Source: Trichosphaerium sp. ATCC 40318
Taxonomy: Eukaryota > Protista > Tubulinea
Assembly: GCA_038496445.1 (NCBI GenBank)
Contig: JALMLS010000143.1
Span: 124,001 to 188,000 of the forward strand
DNA: 64,000 nt
Reading direction: 5' to 3'
How positions within the stretch are numbered: position 1 is the stretch's first letter; every line of letters starts with the position of its first letter. The position numbers and the translations under genes are program-made. The notes below the pieces were generated by a model that was given only the letters and a program-made list of their open reading frames with translations, was not told where the DNA came from and did no database searches. Positions 49,910 to 60,900 of the stretch are shown here, one piece after another.

Positions 49910-52900
49910 TCACTCGAAATATACTGTTGCAACATCTATAAGTTTCTTATGGGCACTAGAAGGCACCCTTGATACAACAACAGTATGTTCCTCATTGGAT
50001 AAACCAAAATGTGTATATACAGTTATCTTTACAGTTACACCTTCTGTGAGTATCTGCTTCGAAGGAGAAAACATGCGGATTAACACACGATAAGATCCGT
50101 TCATTGCATCTCTAACCTATAAAACAGTGTTCATACAAAAGGTCTCTTGTAAAACAGCACGTTTTTTTTGTTCCAAAGCAGTTTCTTGTTAACACGTACC
50201 ATGTATTCAACAGGCCCATAACCTTGAGAAAAATCCCTTGACATCAAACCACCGTTTTTAGTTGTATTACAGAACGAATAGCAAGCAGTGTTATCAGGCT
50301 AAACCTCGTTAAAAACTTTCCACGCATTTGTAAAATCCGTACCTCCAAAACATAGAGTTCCATATCTACTGCGTCTGTATCCCAGGCACATACAACGCGC
50401 AGATCAACATGGAGTTGTTTAGACATCAAAGCGCTTATCTTTGGTATCTTATGTATACGTAGAGCGTCTACTCTTTGTACTATACTACATATATCCATAA
50501 TGCAAACCGTCTCAACTTGACTATATGTCAAACCAGTTAGCGTTACAAGATCTCCATTGGTTTTGTTCTTACTTAAATCTCTCATCCCAAGAGCCTTCAA
50601 CGACATCCATTAAATGCTTCAGAGCGTCGACGTTTAATCCTAATGAATGAAAAGCATGTGCTACATCTCTATGCGACTGAGGCTCTTCAGGACGCATCTT
50701 TAGTATTCTCTTATATATTTCCAGTGCTGAACGATACTCCTTTTGTTCTTCAAGAACATACGCCATCATTCTAGAACAGAGAAAACTGTTAGGGTATCTA
50801 CGACTACTCATAAAACCATACCTGAGATACTTTGGTTCATCAATCGATACCTCTGCCATATTGCTTATAATGTGAAGAGCTTCTTAGGTTTTCCACTTGT
50901 AAACAATTTACATGCTGTTTCAAAGTACAACATTGGGTTCACTTGTTTACCATGTGCTTCATTGCAAATTATTTTATATTTTTTCAACACATCAGTTCCG
51001 ACGTTATTCTATTCGTAGATATCAAACAGAGCACTAAATTCGCTTTTTCTTGATTGTACCTTTTTGCTACCAAGAATGAACTGAGAAGAATACCGAGTTT
51101 GTGGCCTCTCGACCCTAACAATACAATGGCGCTTCGCAATATTGATTTTCTCAGCGGATATGTATGCAAACGTCTAAAGCGTAGTTTTAAGAAAATAATA
51201 AGATACTGGTTATTTTCGTACATTTCTCGAAATGCTTGTTTGATCTTCCTCCGAGAAACTTTGTTGAATCTCGCTCGCTTGTTGATCACCGCCTTCACAT
51301 GCTTGCATAATTGTAGTCCAGTATTCTAAGTTTACTGTCAAGAACAGGATAATTGTGTTGTGTACCTTGAGATGTGTTTAAAGGATTTTCCGTAGTTTGT
51401 TCACTAGTGAACTCCTCTGCAAACAACGGCTGAATTTTCTGGCTGTTTTGAGTTGTGACATGTGTCGTTATTCGAGGATTTGTGCTAGGATAGAATACAG
51501 TTTTACGATATTCAATTTTCTTTAACCATGAGTACAATAGTACAATAGGCACGCATAACAGCATACCAAGATATCCATACATAGCAGCTAACATACTGTT
51601 AGTATACCCCCGCAGAACTCGTAACGAACAGTATAAGCGTTCCTTCACCATAATGACACCACCAGTAGTAGCGCTAAACGCGGTACATATAGCGCTCCAT
51701 GCATAGTCGAAAGGTAAGCTAGAACGAACACTTTGGATTACATGTGGTGCGTGGTTCCTTATCATGTTCCTTATCATCAAGCCAATACTTACAATCGCTG
51801 CTAGCATTACAAACCATTTCCAGGCTTGAGTGCATGTTATGCAGTTGCTTTTTGGTTTAAACTTTTGGTGTTGTGGCTGTGGCTTGATTTCTAGCGGATA
51901 GGCAGCTGCTAGTGCTTTCAAGTCAACAGAATATTCTACACCCAAGCGCTTCAATAAACAACTCTTCCACAAAAGTTAGATAGATATTGCAGAGTGTAGC
52001 TTACTTTTCCTACTGCCGAGTCTCCTATGTACGCGACTAATAATCATATTAACCACCTGAACTGGTGATAAAAAAGTTACCTTTGAATATGAAGGACGAT
52101 TTTTTTGTGTTGTATGCCATCATGTAAGTTTCTTTAGAAATTAGCTGATCAAGACTATCGAGTTTTTATTGTTTTTATTTGTACCTTCATACATGGCTAG
52201 TGCTGCTTCATCTAATCCTTGCATTGTTTTAGCGGATGTCCTAAAATGCAGCATATTGTGTGATTCAGCGTATGCTTGAGCTTCTTCTAAAGAGACTACG
52301 ATATTTTTTTTAAATCAACCTAGGAAAAATATTAATTTAATGCTTACCAAGCGAAAAAATACTCTATGTCTATCATGTTGTACCTTGTTTCCCAGCAATA
52401 TTTTTACTGTATCTCCAGTACATTTTGTTTTTATTTCATTCTCCCACATACTGACATTTTTGAACGATTCTCGATTTGTTAAGTCATAAACAATCAAGAA
52501 CTACAAGCGTCAAGTTAGAAATAGAGTTTATCGTTCTAATACACTTACAGTTGTAACGTTGCGATAGTAAGAAGTTGTTATCGTCCTAAATCTTTCTTGT
52601 CCAGCCTTTAGAAGGAAGTTAGCAAACCTCACGTGCGCAGTGGTTAGAACATAATATTCGTACTGTATCCCACATTTGAAACTTTGCTCTGTTACCGTTA
52701 CCCAGATCACAGCTAGATATTTGAAAATCTACTCCAATAGTGGATATAAAACAATCCGTAAAGCTACTACCACCTGTACGCTTAACAGAAGACTTTGGTC
52801 CTTGAATGAATGAGAAAAAGTAAGAACAAAACGAGAAACTTACTAGCTTGCTTTTTTGGACGTTTTTGCTTTTGTTTCAGTCCTCTTTGAGAACCACTCT

Positions 52901-55900
52901 CTTTCTTTCCACTTAGGCCCACACAAGAAAGGAGGTTTGTTGACGCCTTTGCAATATTCCTAATAGCACCAAAACGACGACGAACTGATGACGCCTGTGA
53001 GAGATGTGTACTACCTCGAGATATGTTGCTGTCTACTTGAGATATATTTTTGCTGATATCATTTATCATTTCTCTTTGGTTTTGAAGACTATCAAGCACG
53101 CTACTTCCCAATTCCTCTGTTTCGATTGCAATTCTTTGAGCATCCTGTAGTAACCTTGAGGAATCAGCTGCTTTATCTTGATGAAACAGAAGAGCTTTCC
53201 TTTTTGCAGATTTGCTGTATCTTGATGACTTTGGCTTTGGTTGTTCTTTTGCTTTTGCTGGTTGTTTCATTTTGGCTGGTTTGATTGGTTTGCTCCTTGT
53301 TGGTTTTGGAAGTCTCTTTATATCGTTTTTGAACACGACCAATTCGTCTTCTTTATCTTTGAGTGCTACTGCTTCTCTTTTGCTGTAATTGATGGTATTT
53401 AAATAAAAGTTCTTCGTTGGTTCCATTTTTTCCTGTGTTGTAGTATCGCTTACAGAGAGTTGATGTGGCTTGATCATTTGTGTTTGTTCGTTATATTGAG
53501 TGCTAGAATTAAACGCGTGATTGTAATCAGATAATTCAGGAGAAGATAGGAAGTCGTCATTTACTTTGAAGTGAAGCATGTGGTCATGTTGCGATCCTTG
53601 AAGACCCCACCTAAACAAACTTATGAGAAAATATTGAACTTAGTCTTCAGCGAGTACCACGTCTTTCTTCGCTCCCATAGTGCCATCACTCGATTCATTT
53701 TTTCATGATGCTTGTTTTCCTTTGATTGTGCTCTGATTGCTGATATTTTAAGAAACTCTCTTCGAATATCTTTCAGCGCAAATGGAGGTTCAATGTCATA
53801 TTTCAAAAACTAGTAAGAATTGTAAGCGACCGGACTTAGTGTTTGTCATGTACCTGATCAAGCGTGTCAAGTACCAGCAAAGAAGTTCCTTCTGTCACCA
53901 AGGTGAACTCTTTGCCTATGTCAATAAGTTGTTCTTCAAGCGTAGAATCAGTTTCAGCGTCCAAGGTCAGCACTTCAATTTTGCGCTGGTTCAATATTAG
54001 TGTATTGTATAAAAATAGCACCGTACTTGTGCCCAAAATCTGGCCACCAGCATGTCTGTATGACTTTTTCCTTGGTTCTTTGATGCTTTTAGAGTAATAT
54101 CTATAGATTTAGTGATGGCTCTTGACGCAAAAAAGCCAAAATGAAGCGTTATAGTAATATTTTTTTCTGGTATGTGATGAAGTTTTCCACTGATATTTAA
54201 TACAGAAGTAACTGGGACAGGTGCGCTAGGAAACACCTATTCTTAAAGTGAGAGATTTTTAAATATGTAGAGATCATACTTCGTGTATGTATTCTTCAGG
54301 GTATGTAATGTCGATTAGCCCAAATGTCGGTTGAGTAATTGCTTGAAAAGCGCTTTGAATGTCTAAAAAGTTCTGGCTACAGTTGAAATTTCCTCCTCCA
54401 CTCTTACGTCCCCATAGCCTAACAAAGGTAAGAATCAATCTAATCCTAAGCGCTTACTTTAACTTCATGTGGTTTGCCATGGACGAGCACGTGAAAAAGT
54501 ACACAGGTACTAAAAATACAGTCAATTGCAACAGTAGTAAAAATTGATTTTAACCTTTAAATTCTGGTAGTTCAGGCGATCCAACTGTATCAAAGCCATC
54601 CGTGAATGCTAAAAAATAGCTGTAATCAGTTTGAGAAGAGCACTTAGAAGGTGCTTTTATGTGACTCAGGTCGCTTCCTACATGTATGTGAGGTGTTGTA
54701 AACTCAGTTCATTATGTACCTCCATCATACCATAACGAAGATAAATATGTACATAACTTCTCAACGTCACACAAAGAGAAAGTCTTGGGCTTTTGGCACG
54801 AAAATGAAAAGCAGAACAAATGGATCAACACATCTTTAGTTCCGTACACACGCAATAATTTGGATAGAATTTGTTTTAGACATTTTATGGAACGTGTGCA
54901 ATCTCGGTGGCTGTAAGACCTGAAAGTGTGTTAAAGTTACCTTATATGCTTGGATATTAGTCAATACGTACGTGTCCCAATAAATACCAATCAAGGATGG
55001 TAGTGTTGATGTTGTCACGCTTGGAATTTGAACAGGTTGCTTAATAGCAAAGTAAGAGCCTAAACGCGTTAATATCGGTAGGATGAATGCCTTAAAGAAA
55101 ACGCTTACCTCTTGCACTGGTTTCACTAAGCACGTTTCCTGTAATTGCTGGTATTTCAATATGAACGTTCTCGTTCAACTTTATGTTTCGTTTACTTGAT
55201 TCAAAAATCCACCCATTTGGTTTGCTGTGCGTTCTGGAATCTTTACTGAGTGCGCCCGTACTCTTCAAGATGGGCTTAGTAGCTCCGTCTCCATCTGCAA
55301 CATGAATCTTGGAAACTTATTAAAAAAGAACTACGGAAGTGAATACCTTTAAACTACACTTTTTTATAGTGGACGCTGCAATGTTAAACAAGCTCTTGTA
55401 GGTATAGCATGAACCAGATACTACCAAATCTTTTGTATAGTGCACTCGAACAGTCCTACTACCCTTTGAAGGTATAGGATAAATCCTTGCTTTGAATATA
55501 TTTCCAGCCTGGAAATCACGTGTCAGCCCACGTGTCAAGCGAAAAAAAAGAGAATAAGCGTAGGAGAAGGCGTACAACTTGTTCAACAATTGCTGGTCCT
55601 TTCGACTGCTTCCTGACCTCTCCTTCGAATGCAATCCTGAGTGGACGTTAGTTTGCTTGGTTTTTCGTCAGATTTTATTTGAAAAAAGGTTTGTAGCTTT
55701 AGAAATACGCAACTAGCGCTCTGATGCGTAATTAAGCGTACCTTGCTTTTACTTTAGGGCATACAACGCCTGGTACCATTTTTCCGTTAATGTCGACAGC
55801 ATAACCGCAAATACTTGCGCCTTGGCGTTTATTTAGATTATAAATGCGATTGATCGTATTTTCCGCACCTTCAGGAAGAGGAAACACTAGTTCGCCTTCA

Positions 55901-56085
55901 ACGTCACCGTCTGTACTCTTATTCGCCCAAACCATTGTAAGAATAGTTTCTAGAGGACTATAAGCTCTTTATCAACTTACATCGTACCAACCTGACAAGA
56001 AACCTCGAATGTTAACATCTATGTCTATAAGCTCTGCAAGTAGCTGTTTTTTTGTTGTTTTATTGACCAATTGCACTGATGACAT
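49910..56085 (-). CDS. Multidomain VIT - vWA - SNARE motif - circularly permuted Rab GTPase - hydrophobic segments - TPR - DUF2135 (YfaP-like) protein; two apparent 1-nt deletions
   Basis: VIT: [42 protein letters not shown]. vWA MIDAS: IYWDTSYS, YDGGSD, FTDG. LVTEGTSLLVLDTLDQFLKYDIEPP. TPR: RPEEPQSHRDVA. DUF2135: DLRVVCAWDTDAVDMELYVLEP..GGLMSRDFSQGYGPVEY. Frame breaks at the T8 tract 52304-52311 and near 50884. Confidence 0.9.
51945..52775 (-). other. Circularly permuted Rab1/Rab8-like GTPase domain, order G2-G3-G4-G5-G1
   Basis: Spliced [72 protein letters not shown]. Confidence 0.92.
52990..53165 (-). other. Qb-type SNARE coiled-coil motif (Vti1 / SNAP-25 N-like)
   Basis: DSSRLLQDAQRIAIETEELGSSVLDSLQNQREMINDISKNISQVDSNISRGSTHL with a zero-layer Q. 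Confidence 0.85.
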
Positions 56086-56226
56086 TATGTACAAAAGTGT
56101 ACTCTAGAACAACTTATTTCTTTGAAAACATTGATCACCAAGTTGGTAAAAAAGACTACGACTGAACCGGTTCACAAAGCTATTGACTACTTACGTGAAA
56201 ACAGCAAAAGCTTTAAAGTAGGCAGA

Positions 56227-57614
56227 ATGTCAAAGCTTGCCGACGCTGTTATATGTTCTATTGATACACTGTACATGATATGTGGTGTTTGTGACAGTTT
56301 TAAAACAATACTGAGTTTATCAAGTACAAATACAACTATTTCACTTACAATACGAAACTACAACACATCTATGCTTCTTTTAAAACAAAGATGGCCAATT
56401 CTTCATTGGGGTCCCAAATGTCGTTGGCCAGTTGACGTATTGACCAGCTCTTCGTGGCAAGATGTGTTTTATTTTGCATCATATATTGAGTATCAAGAAC
56501 ACGTGCGCAGCATTTATCTCTGTTTTTGTTTGTTGATGTTTTCACAGGCACCTCTTACAATTAAGTGGCCGTTCTATACATCATTTTTAGATATTAGGAC
56601 GGGCTTAAAATACTCGGGTAAGGTAGAACTTATACCTTTCTACTGGCGGCTTGAAGCTAAGGTTTTAAGCTACACTGTACATATAAGTAGAATGATGCTA
56701 GTATCAGAAGATGGTAGGAATTTGTGGTCGCATTGGGTTAGCTTCTCTAGCTACAGGAGTCACCTGATCACCAAGGATATCGTTGTCGTTGCAACTACCG
56801 AAAAGATAGCAGGGGTTGACACCAGAACAGGAGAGGTAAAATGGGAAGCAAATATTAGCCTTAAGAAACCTCGAATAGCTTGCACAAAGAACCTTGTGTT
56901 TTACATTGATAATGAAGCTTCAGGTTGGTTATTGTCCAGTCGTTCATTATTTTGCTTGAGTTTATATGAAGGTACACAAACTATAAGAAATGAAGTACGA
57001 CTAACATCACTTCAAAAGGAAAAATTTTATGGAAAAAAAATGTGATTTCACGTGTTCCAAAAGATGGAAGATTAGAAATTCGCGCCAGTGAGAATCTTGT
57101 AGCTATTCAAAGAGTGAGTCCGCTTCAATCAAAAGGTGGTGTACTATCCATAACGGAAAACGCTTCAATCTACGACATAAGTTCATTTAAGTTTATTGGA
57201 GAAGTGTCCCATAGTTGTAATGATTTCGAGTGTTGGAATGATAAAGTTATTATCACATCAGATAAAGATCTTTATTGTTACACACTTACAGGAACCGCAT
57301 TGAGTCTAACGTGGAAAGTGCAAGTTTCTACACGGTTTGCAGATAGCCTTCTATTATTTGGAGATGGAACATTACTCACCTACACTTGCTCTAATAATTG
57401 GACTGACGGTGTTGAGTTGTCTTTGGTTGAGAGCGATGGCACTAAGAAATGGTCATATTGTGTTGATACAGATGGTGATATGAACTCTAGGAGTCTTCGC
57501 AAGATAGATATTGATATTCGTTCTTATCATGGTATATCCGTAGTCGCTAGAGACCAGCATTCCACATGTGTAGAGGTGGTGACTTGGAAAGGTAAACAAC
57601 TTTTTAGCAGTTGA
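56227..57614 (+). CDS. F-box-like + PQQ-type beta-propeller protein
   Basis: Divergent F-box-like N-terminus (ILSLSSTNTTI..LLKQRWP..SWQDVF); propeller blades IAGVDTRTGEVKWE, LSLYEGKILWK, DGTKKWS. An intron at ~56972-57018 joins the two ORFs. Confidence 0.65.
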
Positions 57615-58317
57615 AGGTTCTTTAATGTACCATTCATTACAATAAATGCTACAGCTAGTTACAAACATGGCTACATCAAATAAAGGACCACTATCAATTA
57701 AGTGATACGCCCCTGTACGATATTACTTGTATGAGTATGCAATCGGTTTTTGTTGAAACTGCAGTCAACTTTGCCAAGCGCAATGTACACGATAGAACAT
57801 GAGCTTGAACTCAAATCTTCCAGTTCTATAAGGGTACCTCGCTTGAAAAAAGAACCAGGTAGAAAAGGAGGGTAAACAACTAATCTGGACTTTTTGGCAG
57901 ACGTAACTTAACACCAACCCTTGTACTTAAGTCAAGTTGGTACGCGCTCTAACGTTTGCATCTCAGCGTAAATTGTATACCAGCTGACGTCCTTTAGCAA
58001 AGTGTATCAGAGCTACAAGTGTAGCTGAATGCTTCGGCTTAGTCAACCCAAATTAATAAGAATTGGCCCGTATCCACAAACCTCAACGTAATGGTATTGT
58101 AGGTATACCCTACGATCAAGGTACGTGAAACATGTTAAAAAAATTGTCGTTGGACGAGGTACTTTTGTTTACAGCTTATGGTAGCGTACTCACAAGAAGA
58201 ATACTTCAAAATTGACCAAATTAAACTGGAAACTGTAATATGGTCGAATTGCACGTGATTGTGGTCAAAGGCGTTCTGATAGCGGCAAACTAGTTTTATT
58301 AAAGCTCCCTACAAGGC

Positions 58318-60422
58318 ATGGCAAAACTAATATTAGCGCTACTATTGATATTCCTGGTGGCACCTGTCCACACGGGACAAATAAAATACGTCGTATCTTT
58401 GATGCTTGAAAACAGGTCTTTTGATCACTACCTTGGTATGAATCACGTGCTTTTATCCAAAACTTGATATTTTACAATTGTTTAGGACATTTGGCAAAAG
58501 TCAATCCAGAGATTAACGGTCTACATGGTAACGAGACGTACGGTTCATAAAAAAACTTGTTAGAGTCTTCTTTTTGTTTAACAACTTTTTTTATAGTTGT
58601 GTTATTGACCCAGCAGACCCTTCAAAAGGTTCGTACAAAGTATCTTTTGACGCCCCAGATGTATGAAGAGCTTTCTAAACTGTTATTTCCTATTTAACTC
58701 GATATTTTAGGTAATGGCATTTGACCCAAGCCACGGAGTTGGTACGAATATTAGTTTTTCATTTCCTAATTTTCTAAATTGTAACGTTTTGTTGGAGAAC
58801 TTGAGACCTCGCTAACGTTCACACAAAATAGAGCCTGTCACCATTCAAGTTTTCGGATCTATGACACCTGTCTCACCAGCGCCTATGAATGGATTTGTTA
58901 AAGATTCTCCAGGTACTGCACGAGTTTTTGTGGATTTTTTTCTGTCAAAAAATGAAGGTGAGCGCTATTTACTAAAAGTAATCAAGCGCCTAAAAAGGAT
59001 ATCATGCGCTGTCTCAACATGTCCATGACTGCTTCGTTATCAGCAATCGCTACAGAGTTTGCGCTATTCGATCACTGGCACGTGATATTTTCCCACGTAC
59101 ATTAATTCTGTTCTTACATAGTCTCTAGGTATGCTAGCGTTCCAGGACCTACTCAGCCAAACAGAATGTTCTACCAAACTGGCACATCTTACGGTACAGC
59201 CCTTTTTCTTAATATTCGCTTTTCTGATTGTTTTTTCGTACAGGAGCGACGGCTGATCTACCTGTATCTATGATTGAAGGTTACCCACAGCGAACCATCT
59301 TTGATGACATTTACGAATCAGATAAAACGTTCAATATTTATTACGGTGACGTACCAGCAAGTCTAGAACTCTCAAGAGTCAGAGACGTACGATATTTTTC
59401 ATACTCTGTCGAGATTATCTAAGTTGGTTTTTTTTGTAGTATCCTCTCCACATTCTCGAATACGGCGACTTTTTGACAGCAGCAAAAGAAGGAAAACTAC
59501 CAAACTTTTCATACATTGAACCGCGATACTATACTTTCTTTGGTGCTAACGAAAACGATCAACATCCACCAAACTCTATTATTCAAGGTGAATTTCTCAT
59601 CAAGCAAGTATATGAAGCAGTTAGAAACTCTCCACAATGGAATGAGACTCTATTGGTACGCGTACAGTTAGTTTTTTGAAAGTTGTTTTTTGACTTTTCA
59701 TTTTTAGCTTATTACGTACGATGAACATGGTGGTTTGTATGATCACGTGTCAACTCCTCTTAAAGATGTACCAAACCCAGATGGTAAAATAGGTAAAGAT
59801 GGATTCACATTTGAGCGTCTTGGTGTTCGTGTACCAACAGTAGCTGTCAGCCCATTGATTAAAAAGGTAAGACATTTTCTTAAAAGCGAAAGGTTTTGTT
59901 TTAACTCCATGTAGGGCACAATCGTTCATGAGCCTGCTGTAAATCACTATGATCATACATCCATGATCGCCACAGTGAGAAAGATTCTTGACTTGAAACA
60001 ACCAGCCTTGACAAAAAGAGAAGCTTGGGCTGCCACTTTTGAACATTTGTGGGAGGACAATGAGCCTCGTACTGATTGTTTCACTTCTGTTCCTCTCCGT
60101 GAGAATGAAGAAGAGAGCTATGCTAAGTTCGAGGAGACTGAAAGGATGCCTTTTGTCTCATCCTCACTTGAGCAAGTTGCTGAAGGACCAAAAGACTTGA
60201 CCCCTATTAACGGACTTCAAATGGAAATGGCCAAAATAGCTTGGAGTTTAACTGGAGGAGATACCGATTTGACGAAACTCAAGACTGCTCATGATGGCGT
60301 AAGTACTGACAAAGAATCTTAAATCTGTCAACTGAATTACTAACTAACGTATTAAGGCTGTCTACGTTAGAAGCCAGATGAAAAGATGGTTTGATAGCAA
60401 GACTGGTGAAGGCCCTCAATAA
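58318..60422 (+). CDS. Secreted phosphoesterase / non-specific phospholipase C
   Basis: Signal peptide; [71 protein letters not shown]. Confidence 0.95.
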
Positions 60423-60900
60423 ATAAATAAAATCATGACTGATTGAAACCAAAAATTAACGTTCTGTACTTTACTGTTAAGTTTCAAATGTGATTGTCTG
60501 TGATGTACTGTAAAGATTGGTGAGAGTGAAAGAGGTTAGTATAAAGAGAAAACTCAAAGATTAATAGTGAGATACACGAAAGCGACGTTCTTGGCGCTTG
60601 TACATAAAATGACAGTTTGGAATAAGTGCTCAACTCATAATATTGCCACAAGGAGAATAACCGCCAAACGCGTTAGTACAATAAAAGTAAGACAGGTTGC
60701 GGTAAGTTAAAACATCACGTGTTCGGTGATGACCCTATAACGTACAAAATAACTGTTTCTATGCCTTGTTAATTCGTATCAAGCAAGGTGAAGCAAGGCA
60801 AAAATACAAGAGAAATTGCGCAGTTTTTGATTATTTTACAATAAACCACATTTATTGTACATTTGGTTACAGGTTTATCGACAAAGTAATTTTGTTTTCA

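Noticed and set aside
51945-52130. P-loop exons as the start of a second tandem Rab gene (an in-frame MM lies just upstream)
   Set aside because: No G2-G5 follows, the upstream domain lacks exactly this piece, and splice phases join them in frame.
56972-57045. Apparent frameshift between ORFs 56122-57045 and 57042-57614
   Set aside because: Resolved by a GT-AG intron giving YEG|KILWKKNVISR.
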